NCBI GenBank assembly: GCA_021372535.1
Contig: JAJFUH010000038.1
Location: 12,719 to 76,718, forward strand
Reading direction: 5' to 3'
Source: a bacterium
GTDB lineage: Bacteria > Latescibacterota > Latescibacteria > Latescibacterales > Latescibacteraceae
Length of the DNA: 64,000 nucleotides
In this document: in pieces, positions 17,986 to 27,875 of the stretch
Layout of the letters: every line of letters begins with the position of its first letter
Position numbering within the stretch: position 1 is the stretch's first letter
The notes under the pieces: generated by a model
What the model was told of the DNA's origin: nothing
Seen by the model: the letters and a program-made list of their open reading frames with translations, nothing else
Databases searched by the model: none
Translations under genes and position numbers: made by a program

Positions 17986-20031
17986 ATGAAACAGATTACA
18001 GTGCAGGACGGCCGGGTGATGTTTCATGAAGTTCCCGTTCCGGCTGCGGGCGACGATGAGGTACTGGTAAAGATCGAGCGGTCGTATCTGGCAATCGGTA
18101 CAGGAAGCGCACCGGGCAATGGAAACGTCCGTTCAGGGGAAAATCCGCCACCTCTGTTTTCGGCTGCAGGAACGGTGGCGGAGGCAGGAAAGAACGTTCA
18201 TGACCTGTTCCCCGGCGACAGGGTAGCCTGCGTTTGCATGGATGCCGCAGGTCATGCCGGGTATAAGAGCTTCCATCACAGTCTTACGGTTCCCGTGCCG
18301 GATAAACTGAACATCGAAGAGGCCGCTCTTGTCGCGCCGGGAGCCGCTGCATTACAGGGTGTACGGAGGGCGCGGCCAACGCTCGGGGAGCACTTTATTG
18401 TCGTGGGAATGGGACTGACCGGCCAGATTACCTTCCAGCTCCTGAAAGCGGAGGGATGCAGGGTAACGGGTATCGATACGGTGTCCGGGCGGTTACAGCA
18501 AGCGCTTGAACATGGTCTCGATTCGGGTTTCGATCCCGGAAGCGGCGACTTTGTTGCAAATGTTAAACGCATAACCGGGGGAATGGGCGCCGATGGTATC
18601 ATACTCACCGTTCCCTGTCCGGATGACATCCTCATGGCGGTATATGCCGTATGCCGTAAAAAGGCCCGCGTAGTGCTGGTTGATGAGGGAATCTGTTCTC
18701 TTTCCCTCGCCGGTATTCAGGGGAATGAGTTCGATATCTCCATCGCGGCTTCAATGGGACCCGGCATATCGGATAGCGAGCGGGAAAGGGGAAGTGTCGA
18801 TTTTCCCCTCGGATACGTGCGCTGGACAGACAGCCGGAACATGGCGGAATATCTGCGCCTTGCGGCGGAAGGCATAGTCACCGCCCGTTATCTTGTCGAG
18901 GGAGTCTATCCTCTCGAAAATATTCAGGATGCCTGTGACGCGATTAACGGTTCCCTCCGAAAACCTTCCGCGATTCTCGTGTCCTTTCCGGAAACGGCGG
19001 AGACCGGACAGCCCGTACAAACGGTGTGTGATACTCCCATCAGGACAGTGAAAACAAAACCGCTCCGTGTTGCCGTTATCGGCGCGGGATCGTTCGCTCA
19101 GGCGGTACATATCCCGAATATCAGGCAGAATCCCGACCTGTATGCGCTTGAAGCGGTTGCCTGCCGCACCGGGGAACATGCCCGAGCTGCCGCCGAAAAG
19201 TTAGGGATCAGCCGTTTCACTGCCGACTATGAAGAGATTCTGGAAAATCCCGAAATCGATGCGGTTGTTATCGCGACCCGTCACAACCTCCATGCGCACA
19301 TTGCCCTAAAGGCGCTGAAGTCGGGCAAACATGTGCTTGTGGAAAACCCTCTCGCAATGAACAGGACGGAGCTCGATACGATTCTCGATTTCTATTCGCA
19401 ATCCGGGGAAAAGAGAGCGCCGCTGCTCATGACAGGATTCAACAGGCGGTTTTCACCCCTTGTCAGCCGTATCCGTGAGATTTTGGAGAACCGTACGAAT
19501 CCGATGGTGATCAACTACCGTATGAACGCGGAGTTCCTCCCGCCCGACCACTGGTTATACGGCGCGGAAGGCGGCGGCAGAAATATCGGCGAAGCATGCC
19601 ACATATACGATTTATTCACCTGTCTGACCGATTCTCCCGCTCTGTCTGTCGAAGCACTGTCCATACGGCCTCCGCAGGGGAAATTTAGTAGCCGCGATAA
19701 TTTTGTCGCCACGATTACATTCGGGGACGGCTCGCTCGCGACACTGACCTGTACAACGCTCGGTTCATCCGGATATCCGAAGGATCTCCTCGAGATTTAC
19801 TGTGACAACCGGGTGTTTGTTCTTGACGATTTTTCCGCGCTCACCGGGTATGGTATCGCCGATGTCCGCATGTCCGGCCAGAACGGGAAAGGGGAGAGGG
19901 AGGAAATCGAAGCATTCGCCCGTGCTGTAGTCGAAGGAGGCCCGTGGCCGGTTCCCCTCTGGCAGCAGGTTCAGGCAATGGATATTGCATTCGAGATGAA
20001 AAGGCTCCTGATGGATACATCGCCGGAATAA
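17986..20031 (+). CDS. Bi-domain oxidoreductase: N-terminal MDR/zinc-type alcohol-dehydrogenase-like domain plus C-terminal Gfo/Idh/MocA NAD-binding domain
   Basis: The N-terminus has VLVKIERSYLAIGTG...GDRVAC. The C-terminus has LRVAVIGAGSFAQAVHIPN...EKP and GFNRRFSP. It is a paralog of the next gene. Confidence 0.75.
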   Translation: MKQITVQDGRVMFHEVPVPAAGDDEVLVKIERSYLAIGTGSAPGNGNVRSGENPPPLFSAAGTVAEAGKNVHDLFPGDRVACVCMDAAGHAGYKSFHHSLTVPVPDKLNIEEAALVAPGAAALQGVRRARPTLGEHFIVVGMGLTGQITFQLLKAEGCRVTGIDTVSGRLQQALEHGLDSGFDPGSGDFVANVKRITGGMGADGIILTVPCPDDILMAVYAVCRKKARVVLVDEGICSLSLAGIQGNEFDISIAASMGPGISDSERERGSVDFPLGYVRWTDSRNMAEYLRLAAEGIVTARYLVEGVYPLENIQDACDAINGSLRKPSAILVSFPETAETGQPVQTVCDTPIRTVKTKPLRVAVIGAGSFAQAVHIPNIRQNPDLYALEAVACRTGEHARAAAEKLGISRFTADYEEILENPEIDAVVIATRHNLHAHIALKALKSGKHVLVENPLAMNRTELDTILDFYSQSGEKRAPLLMTGFNRRFSPLVSRIREILENRTNPMVINYRMNAEFLPPDHWLYGAEGGGRNIGEACHIYDLFTCLTDSPALSVEALSIRPPQGKFSSRDNFVATITFGDGSLATLTCTTLGSSGYPKDLLEIYCDNRVFVLDDFSALTGYGIADVRMSGQNGKGEREEIEAFARAVVEGGPWPVPLWQQVQAMDIAFEMKRLLMDTSPE

Positions 20032-20140
20032 CCATTACGAGTCTGATTCCACCGTGAAGCAAGCGGAACGATGTCAGGAATAACAAATGCCCTGACAACA
20101 TGGATAATATAAAGATACGCAGCTCTATACGAGGTTTGGA

Positions 20141-22510
20141 ATGAAACAGGTTTTTCTGAGAGACGGTAAGGCAGTCGTTGAGGAAATACCGCCCCCGACG
20201 CCGGGTGCTGATGAGGTTCTCGTCAAAGTCGTTCGCTCGTGCATCTCGACCGGCACGGAGCTTAGCGGAATAACCGCGATGAAGCCGCCCGAGCCGGTTC
20301 CTGAAGCTATTCCCGAAGCAGTTCCTGAACAACCGGTTGTGCACATCCCTCTCTGGAAGCAGATACTCACCGATCCCGGTATGTGGGAGCGGGCGATCAA
20401 AGACCCCCGGAAAATCGTACGCTTCCTGTGGAGGCTTTTCGTGAGCGCACTGAAATGGCCGATAAACAGGCTGAGATCCTACCTGTTGGTTCAGATTCTC
20501 ACATCGCCCGGCATGTGGAAACGGGCGATCAAGGACCCGAGAAAAATACTCCGCTTCCTGGGAATCATCAGGGAGCGCGGACTGGAGTTCGCGACGACAT
20601 CGGTCGCGGCGCAGATATCAGTGGCTTATCCCCTTGGATACTCTGCTGCCGGTATCGTGCTTGAAACGGGAGAAAACATCCGCGACATCTCTCCCGGCGA
20701 CCGGGTTGCCTGTGCGGGAGCCCAGTGTGCGCATCATGCCGAATATATCGTTGTTCCGCGGAATCTCCTCGTTCCCGTGCCGGACAGCCTGGATTTCGAT
20801 ACGGCAAGCACTGTAGCGCTCGGTTCGATAGCCATGCAGGGTGTGCGCCGTGCTCAGCCGGAGATCGGGGAAACGTTCGTGGTCATCGGACTTGGCCTTT
20901 TAGGGCAGATGACCGTCCAGCTTCTGAAAGCGAACGGCTGCAGGGTAATCGGGACAGACCTCGATCCGCAGCGTATCGACCTCGCAAAAAAGCTGGGGAT
21001 GAACACCGGACTCTACCCCGGCCAGGGAGTTCCAGTCGAACTGGTGAACCGTCTTACCGGAGGAACGGGAGCAGACTGTGTCATCATCACCGCCTCCGGC
21101 CCGTCAGCTATACTGGCGACGGCTTTCCAGATGTGCCGGAGAAAGGGGAGAGTTGTTCTGGTCGGCGATGTGGCCATCACAATCAGTCGCGGCGATATTT
21201 ACCGCAAGGAGCTCGATTTCTTCATCTCAACATCGTACGGTCCCGGACGATATGATGCACGGTATGAAGAAAAGGGGATCGATTACCCGCCGGGTTATGT
21301 GCGCTGGACCGAGAACCGTAACATGATGGAATATCTACGTCTTGCGGCGGAGAAGAAAATTTCGGTCGGCCCCCTCATACAGAAGGTGTTTCCGGTCGAA
21401 ACGGCGTCGGACGCTTATTTTACCCTGAAATATTCCCCCGACAAGCCGCTCATTGCCCTTCTGTCGTATCCCGAAGCCGGAATGGACGTTCAGCCCGGAC
21501 GGAAAATACCGAATCCCGAAGTCCATCCCGTAGTGGTGGATAAACGCATACATGTCGCCGTGGTCGGCGCTGGCGGATTTGCTAAGGGCATCCATCTGCC
21601 TAACTTTAAAAAGCTGTCCGAGGTGTATTCCATCCATGCCATAGCGGATGTAGTGGGGCATAATGCGGTGGCGACGGCAAAGCAGTTCGGAGCCGCTTAT
21701 TCGACGACGGATTTCCAGGAGGTCATCGAAGACCCCGATATCGATGCAGTTTTCATCACAACCCGCCATCATCTCCATGCCCTGCTTACCGAAAAGGCTC
21801 TCAGGGCAGGCAAACATGTCTTCGTGGAAAAACCGCTCTCCATGGACAGGAAAGGGCTCGAAGCTATCAGGCAGGTCTTTGAATCGTCCGGCGAAAATGC
21901 GGCTCCGGTTCTGCTGACCGGTTTCAACCGTCGATTTTCGCCATTCGCCCGGCGGATACGGGAGCTCACGAACGGCCGTAAAAATCCGATGATACTCAAC
22001 TACCGCATGAATGCCGGATACATTCCGCTCGATCACTGGGTGCACGGCGAGGAGGGAGGTGGACGGAACATCGGCGAGGGATGTCATATTTACGATCTTT
22101 TCACCTATCTCGTCGATGCACGGGTAACCGCCATCGAGGCAAAATCCATCAGGCCAGCGACCGATTACTGCAGTTACCGCGATAATTTCGCCGCGACGAT
22201 GACGTTCGAGGACGGTTCGATTGCGACTCTTACCTATACGGCGCTCGGTTCAGCCGAATACCCGAAGGAAAACCTCGATGTTTTCTGCGACGGCATGGTG
22301 CTTGTGCTCGATAATTACACTACGCTCACCGGGTACGGCACAAGCGAAGCGGATATTTCCTCAGCGGGTGTCAAGGGGCATTTCGAGGAGATTCAAGCCT
22401 TCGCGGCTGCAATTTCGGAGAAAAAAACCGCGCCTATTCCTCTCTGGCAGCAGTATCAGGCGATGGAAATCGCCTTCGAGGTAGACCGCATCCTTGCAGC
22501 GAAGAAATAG
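20141..22510 (+). CDS. Bi-domain MDR + Gfo/Idh/MocA oxidoreductase, paralog 2, carrying a roughly 100-aa in-frame insertion with an internal 22-aa direct repeat
   Basis: It is colinear with 17986-20031. The extra segment lies at about 20270-20620 and includes ILTDPGMWERAIKDPRKIVRFL and ILTSPGMWKRAIKDPRKILRFL. Confidence 0.75.
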   Translation: MKQVFLRDGKAVVEEIPPPTPGADEVLVKVVRSCISTGTELSGITAMKPPEPVPEAIPEAVPEQPVVHIPLWKQILTDPGMWERAIKDPRKIVRFLWRLFVSALKWPINRLRSYLLVQILTSPGMWKRAIKDPRKILRFLGIIRERGLEFATTSVAAQISVAYPLGYSAAGIVLETGENIRDISPGDRVACAGAQCAHHAEYIVVPRNLLVPVPDSLDFDTASTVALGSIAMQGVRRAQPEIGETFVVIGLGLLGQMTVQLLKANGCRVIGTDLDPQRIDLAKKLGMNTGLYPGQGVPVELVNRLTGGTGADCVIITASGPSAILATAFQMCRRKGRVVLVGDVAITISRGDIYRKELDFFISTSYGPGRYDARYEEKGIDYPPGYVRWTENRNMMEYLRLAAEKKISVGPLIQKVFPVETASDAYFTLKYSPDKPLIALLSYPEAGMDVQPGRKIPNPEVHPVVVDKRIHVAVVGAGGFAKGIHLPNFKKLSEVYSIHAIADVVGHNAVATAKQFGAAYSTTDFQEVIEDPDIDAVFITTRHHLHALLTEKALRAGKHVFVEKPLSMDRKGLEAIRQVFESSGENAAPVLLTGFNRRFSPFARRIRELTNGRKNPMILNYRMNAGYIPLDHWVHGEEGGGRNIGEGCHIYDLFTYLVDARVTAIEAKSIRPATDYCSYRDNFAATMTFEDGSIATLTYTALGSAEYPKENLDVFCDGMVLVLDNYTTLTGYGTSEADISSAGVKGHFEEIQAFAAAISEKKTAPIPLWQQYQAMEIAFEVDRILAAKK

Positions 22511-22516
22511 CGGTGC

Positions 22517-23383
22517 TCAGGCACCCCCGTTGCCTGTATAGAGAAGGTCGAACCAGATAAAATCGCTGTCATGAAATTCCCGGCACAGAACGACCTCGAA
22601 TTGGGCATGATCGAACAATCCGAGCAGCTTATCGACGTCATACCATTCCGCCCATGGTGTCCCGGCGCCGTCGGTCATCTCGCCCCATGCGCCGAACGAG
22701 GGAGAGCCTTCACGTTCCCAGCGCGTCCTGGGGTACGCAAGCTGAAGCCACCGCCCGCCGATCCTGAGATGCCTGATCAGCTCGTTGACCTCGGGCCTGA
22801 TAACCGTGACAGGGGCATGGTGAAGCGACCCCATTGCCATGATCACATCGTAATCCGTATCGAGCTGTGTGAGCGACTCCATGTTTTCGAGTAGGCAAAA
22901 CCGGGCGTCCCCGATTTCAAAGATGGCGCAGAGCCGTTTCAGTACATTCAAATTGCTCTCATGGATATCCACAAAAGTCACCTTTGCGCCATGCAGGGCA
23001 TAGGTGATGCTGTCAATGGCAAAACCGCTTCCAACATCGAGCACCTTTTTACCGTTCATGCTGTCGGCATAGAGCGCATGGTACCAGCCGCGGTGACGGA
23101 ACTGGGTGCCCGTTGTGATATCCGTCCGGCATGACAACCATTCATGACGCAGTTTTTCATCGGAAAGCTTGTATAAACTTTGTGTTTTCTGCCGTTTGGC
23201 GCGGCTTGTGGGAACCTCGTTCCACTTTCTCCGGAGGACATCGAACGGCTGTGACCATTCCTGGGTCGCTGTAGACTCCGAACCGGCGTCCATTGTATCT
23301 GATGCGTGTTTCCGATACCCTGTTCTGCGTATTTCATAGCCGAAACGACGCAAAGTCCCGTTTATTATTTTTTTCAGTCCCAT
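22517..23383 (-). CDS. Class I SAM-dependent methyltransferase
   Basis: The segment KVLDVGSGFAIDSITYALHGAKVTFVDI is the glycine-rich motif I. The gene is convergent with the previous gene, with 6 bp between the two stop codons. Confidence 0.7.
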   Translation of the reverse strand: MGLKKIINGTLRRFGYEIRRTGYRKHASDTMDAGSESTATQEWSQPFDVLRRKWNEVPTSRAKRQKTQSLYKLSDEKLRHEWLSCRTDITTGTQFRHRGWYHALYADSMNGKKVLDVGSGFAIDSITYALHGAKVTFVDIHESNLNVLKRLCAIFEIGDARFCLLENMESLTQLDTDYDVIMAMGSLHHAPVTVIRPEVNELIRHLRIGGRWLQLAYPRTRWEREGSPSFGAWGEMTDGAGTPWAEWYDVDKLLGLFDHAQFEVVLCREFHDSDFIWFDLLYTGNGGA

Positions 23384-23597
23384 TCGATCTCCATATTCAA
23401 TTTGTTTTCCCTGTTTTCACATGATCCCGCCCGGCTCCCGCTGCGACGCTGCGCAGCGCGGCGAGTCGCCGTCTCCCCTTATTAATGAAAGCAGGAGCCA
23501 CACCCTCTTTCCCTTCAAAAAGAGAGAATGCCATCAGGCAGGGAAATAATTGTCATAAGAAAAAAAATACAAATTTATGCATTATTCTGGTTATCGA

Positions 23598-24548
23598 TTA
23601 CCGGAATACTTTTAAAATATTTTTAATGACTGTATAACACAAATAATTATTTCTTATAGAGTTAAGAAGCGAAAATCTTTTTTTCAGCAGCGCCGGGAAA
23701 TGGTAGTCGCCATTCGATTCATTGAGGCTGAAGTACACCCAGTGATTGATCTCCGAGAATACATGTCCGGGGATAAACGATTGAATTTCCCGTATGATTT
23801 CCGGATGGTCTCTTTTGATCTCATACAGCTCGAAATCGGCTGAATGGAGCTCGATGGAATTTCTCCAACAGAAATCGACGAGCGGAATGGCCTGATCAAC
23901 GACGGTATTAATCCAGAAAAGATTGAGCCGCTCACGTTTATCACTGTTTATATCAAAGTCGTTCATCCCCATCCAGAATGATTTTCCCCCATAACTCCTC
24001 GGGCAGGATACGACGCGATTGTCAGAGAAATCATGGCATATAACAATGTGCTGTTTCTGCTGTAAGAGAGGCATGATATGCCCGAGAACGTGATTGGCGA
24101 CCTCATAACCATGCGCATCCCACAGTACCATTACTCGTTGAAAAGGCTGAATATGCGGTGAAAAATCGACCCGTGTGAGATCACCGGAATATATTTCGAG
24201 CCGAGAGAACCAGTCCGCATCCACGAGGGGTACGATGTTCTTCTTCTTATCCCAGCCCGGGCCGAAACAGAAACTTTTCACGATGGTGTTTTTCAGGCGC
24301 CGGGATGCCTGGCAGAAAACACTCGTGGAATTACCGGGGCCGCGTCCAAGTTCGATAATGAGATCGGGCTTGAAGGCAAAAACCATGGCATACCAGTGGA
24401 AATACTGAGAAAGGCTCAGACTGACCGGTGTATCGATTGCCCTGGACAACCGTTCCAGAATAACGGCATCTTCGCCAATCGTATCTTTCAAGGCGTAATA
24501 ACAGCCCACGGAAAGGGGCAGATCGGATGTCGAAAAAGGTTCGGTCAT
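23598..24548 (-). CDS. Hypothetical protein with a possible TylF/CmcI-like methyltransferase fold
   Basis: The segment LIIELGRGPGNSTSVFCQA resembles the E-x-G-x-x-x-G-x-S motif of CmcI/TylF-type proteins. The remainder is uncharacterised. AGGGA lies 9 nt upstream of the ATG. Confidence 0.4.
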   Translation of the reverse strand: MTEPFSTSDLPLSVGCYYALKDTIGEDAVILERLSRAIDTPVSLSLSQYFHWYAMVFAFKPDLIIELGRGPGNSTSVFCQASRRLKNTIVKSFCFGPGWDKKKNIVPLVDADWFSRLEIYSGDLTRVDFSPHIQPFQRVMVLWDAHGYEVANHVLGHIMPLLQQKQHIVICHDFSDNRVVSCPRSYGGKSFWMGMNDFDINSDKRERLNLFWINTVVDQAIPLVDFCWRNSIELHSADFELYEIKRDHPEIIREIQSFIPGHVFSEINHWVYFSLNESNGDYHFPALLKKRFSLLNSIRNNYLCYTVIKNILKVFR

Positions 24549-24606
24549 AACAGATATTCCCTGTGACCCGGATTATTTGTAAAAGCCAGTATATGTAAAA
24601 TAAAGC

Positions 24607-27600
24607 TTATGCCGAAAAAATTCCCGAACCCGATATCGGGGTACAGATCAGAACCTGCTGCGGCAGACCGTGCTTTGCATAGAACAGCGTTTCGATTTTC
24701 ATCCGGAAATCGTTGACAGCGCCGTTTTTCACGAATGCCATGATACATCCGCCGAGGCCTGCTCCGGAAAGCTGGACTCCGAGGACACCGTCTATGGTCA
24801 GGGCGGTATCGACCATCTCATCGATCAACGGCGTCGAACACCCGTATCCTCCCGGCTGCAGATGGAGCGCCGCGCCCGGATCGCCGGCTTTGAGACGATC
24901 ACGGAGTGACCGCATCAGTGAATCGGGGGCGGAATTATCATACCTGACCCGCTCACCCTTCTCGTTGAGACGGGTGACACGATCACCGTCATGCGAAATG
25001 TTCATGAGATGAGCCGCCCGTTCGATATCACCCTGTTTGATGATGCGGGCGAACTCCCGGGCACGGGCTATCTCCGCCATCCCGAAAAGCGCCACACTTC
25101 TCGCCTCATAACCGCCCCCGGGCTCTTCATGGGTCGAAAATACTTTCCCCATGCGGTTTTTCCCTTCATTGTCGAGTATCCCAAGGAGCTCTTTACGGGA
25201 GACACGTTCGGGGATTGCCAGAAGGATATCGTATATCTCGTGAGGCTCAAGGCAGAGATGCCCGGCATCGATATCACGGAAGTATGCGAGGCGCTCCCTG
25301 AACTTCGGAAACCGTAATCTGACAATCTCATAAGCAATCTCGTATGTTGCGACTTTTTCATTGAATATCTGCATGGCGCCGCCGGATTTTTTCGCATACT
25401 GATGGGACTGGAGAATCACGAGCGATACTCCTTCGGGGAACGGAATGACATCCTCGATCCTGACCTCGTGAAATCCCATATGGAGAATATTGCCCCGCTC
25501 GCCGAATTTCATCGCGGCATGATCGCCGCTGCCGCCCCTCGTTCCGACAAACCACTCCCCCTCACCGCAGAGGTCGACAAACTCCTTTGGGACAAACGAC
25601 AGGCTGTTGATAAATGTCAGCGCTTCCGCGGCGGAAACCACAACCGCGGACGAGGAGCTCAGCCCTGCTGCCAGAGGTATCTGGCCGGATAGCACGCCAT
25701 CGAAACCGAAGAGCAGCCGGCCTTTGAGTTTTTCCTGAAGCCTCAGGGCGGCAGCTTTAAAATAGTTTGCCCAGTCTCCCCGGCTCGACCGTATCATCGA
25801 GCTCACTGTCTCGGAGTTTATCATATTGAGCCAGTCATCCCATGGAAGCCGTGAGAGCTCCTCCCCGACTGAAAAGCTCCGCGGTCTGAAGTTCTGCGCA
25901 TCGACATTGTGTATGGTGATGACATCGTCTTCCCTGACCCCGGCGACAAGGATCACCTCACGGTTGATGGTCATGTAGTTGGTGTATCCGCCGCGGTGCT
26001 CGACATGACGGCCCATCAGGTTGACACGCCCGGGGCTGCGGGCAATGATGACCGGCTTGTTTTTTCCGAATACCCTGAGATATTTGAGCAGAGCCTGATG
26101 ATATGCCTCGCGGCGTTCCTCCAGCACATCTTCGTCGCCTCCGTACACACCGGCAAGACCGGCTTTCACCTCTGGATTCAGATCCTCGAAGATACGGAGC
26201 CATTCATCCACGGGCCTCAGCGCCTTATTGAGATGCTTTATATCGATCCGTCCGAAACAGGAATTTTCAAACGATGGCTGGGATTCCTTCCTGCTGTAAT
26301 ACTCCTCTATCTTTAACAGCTCCTCCGGATTGTTGAAGGACATGACCTCATACTGCCCCCTGACGGGAACCGGGATGATTTTACGGGATTGCGCGGTGTC
26401 ACGGGCCAGAATCCGGACTGTATCGGTGATATACTCTTCTTTCTGGGCATTATCGGAGCGTATCCTGAACAAAGAATCGATGAACGCATCCGCTGAGTAC
26501 AGATAAACAGCGGCATTGATCGCAGGAGTAGTATTTTCAAGCGCTTCCCCCGATATTGCTTCCTCGCCGGTTTCCGTATCAACCATATAGAACGTATCCC
26601 GTTCCGGGACCAGAGTATTGAGCTCGCCGAACGACAGAGCGGTATTCTTTTCAAGAACCTCGATGAGACCCGGAAACATCTTGTGAGCTTTCGCAAGCGA
26701 GGGAATCACATCGAGGATTTCCCTGAGCAGCATGCGCGGCGAGGTTTTCGGTTTTTCACGTTTCAGGGTGTGAAGCCTTCGGGCAAGGATCATCTTCTGG
26801 ATGTCGCGTTTCTCCACGATGTCTATCGGGCGTCCTTTACGGTCGAAAACGACCCGTCCCGAATCCGGCCAGAATGTCTTTTCGGCGGTCATGACAGCCA
26901 GATCGGCTCCGCTTTCCCTGAAATTACCGAGCAGCCGTTCGAGAGCGCTCGTTTCGACAACCTTGTCGCCGTATATAACCAGCACATTACCCTTGAAACT
27001 CCGGGCTTTGAGAAGATGAGCGGCCTGCTTGGCGGCATTGCCGGTACCATTCTGGTTTATCTGAAATACATATGCGACATTGTCCCTGATTTCGGATACT
27101 TCGTTCACCACCTGTCTCCCCTTTTCGCCGACAACAACGATATGTTCATGAATTCCCACCGATTCGAGCTGGTCGATAAGACGGTTGATTGCGGGCCGTC
27201 CGGCAATGGGGAAACAGACCTTGTGGAGGTCTTTCGACTGCATCCGGGTTCCCTTGCCGCCGCAGAGGATAACGGAGACGATCCCGGAAGAGGCATCGAT
27301 CGTTCTCTTCGGGAATTGAGCGACAGTTCCCAGCGCATCGAGCAGCGCCAGAGTCAGAGGCCGGGTGTCTTTCCCGGAAGGTGTGTACGCTTCGTTATGG
27401 TCGAAATCCAGAAGGAGACTTCCCTTTTCCATGCACTGTTCGAGAACCGAGTATATTTCGGGAGAATATTCCGAACAATATGCCACGATATCATCGTTGA
27501 CTTTCCCTTTGATGACAAGATATGATACTGTCCGGTTATCCTGAAAATATCCGTACATGAGCAGACCGTTTTTTCTCCCCGTCTCGAGCGCGGTGACTGA

Positions 27601-27672
27601 GCCGGCGGGAAGCAGGAAGGATTCCAGCAATGTAAAACGCGAACCGGGGGGCGTATCGCTCTTTTTTTTCAT
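24607..27672 (-). CDS. Fused sugar-1-phosphate nucleotidyltransferase and GHMP sugar kinase (Fkp-like bifunctional kinase/pyrophosphorylase), 1021 aa
   Basis: The nucleotidyltransferase part has ILCGGKGTRM and VIYGDKV. The GHMP kinase part has ARSPGRVNLMGRHVEHRGGYTNY and AGLSSSSAVVVSAAEAL. Confidence 0.65.
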   Translation of the reverse strand: MKKKSDTPPGSRFTLLESFLLPAGSVTALETGRKNGLLMYGYFQDNRTVSYLVIKGKVNDDIVAYCSEYSPEIYSVLEQCMEKGSLLLDFDHNEAYTPSGKDTRPLTLALLDALGTVAQFPKRTIDASSGIVSVILCGGKGTRMQSKDLHKVCFPIAGRPAINRLIDQLESVGIHEHIVVVGEKGRQVVNEVSEIRDNVAYVFQINQNGTGNAAKQAAHLLKARSFKGNVLVIYGDKVVETSALERLLGNFRESGADLAVMTAEKTFWPDSGRVVFDRKGRPIDIVEKRDIQKMILARRLHTLKREKPKTSPRMLLREILDVIPSLAKAHKMFPGLIEVLEKNTALSFGELNTLVPERDTFYMVDTETGEEAISGEALENTTPAINAAVYLYSADAFIDSLFRIRSDNAQKEEYITDTVRILARDTAQSRKIIPVPVRGQYEVMSFNNPEELLKIEEYYSRKESQPSFENSCFGRIDIKHLNKALRPVDEWLRIFEDLNPEVKAGLAGVYGGDEDVLEERREAYHQALLKYLRVFGKNKPVIIARSPGRVNLMGRHVEHRGGYTNYMTINREVILVAGVREDDVITIHNVDAQNFRPRSFSVGEELSRLPWDDWLNMINSETVSSMIRSSRGDWANYFKAAALRLQEKLKGRLLFGFDGVLSGQIPLAAGLSSSSAVVVSAAEALTFINSLSFVPKEFVDLCGEGEWFVGTRGGSGDHAAMKFGERGNILHMGFHEVRIEDVIPFPEGVSLVILQSHQYAKKSGGAMQIFNEKVATYEIAYEIVRLRFPKFRERLAYFRDIDAGHLCLEPHEIYDILLAIPERVSRKELLGILDNEGKNRMGKVFSTHEEPGGGYEARSVALFGMAEIARAREFARIIKQGDIERAAHLMNISHDGDRVTRLNEKGERVRYDNSAPDSLMRSLRDRLKAGDPGAALHLQPGGYGCSTPLIDEMVDTALTIDGVLGVQLSGAGLGGCIMAFVKNGAVNDFRMKIETLFYAKHGLPQQVLICTPISGSGIFSA

Positions 27673-27875
27673 GGAATTATTACCCTCACCCTCGGTCCCT
27701 CTCCCGTAAACAGAAGAGGGAAGAAAAGCATTATATCAAACATTCAAGTATGTTACTCATAATTATTTCAAATGTTTCTTCAAGTATAACAATACATAAG
27801 AGGAATACAATTTATCCGCAGACAGGTGAATCTCATTCCCGTGAGCCAATGGCCCTGACAGGGGGCAGGGTTATC

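Noticed and set aside
23433-23471. 14-mer GGCTCCCGCTGCGA shared between 23433-23446 and 50447-50460, and near-palindrome CGGCGAGTCGCCG at 23459-23471 echoed at about 42768-42782.
   Set aside because: Exact 14-mer coincidences are expected by chance several times in 64 kb of roughly 56% GC DNA counting both strands. There is no extended conservation around them.
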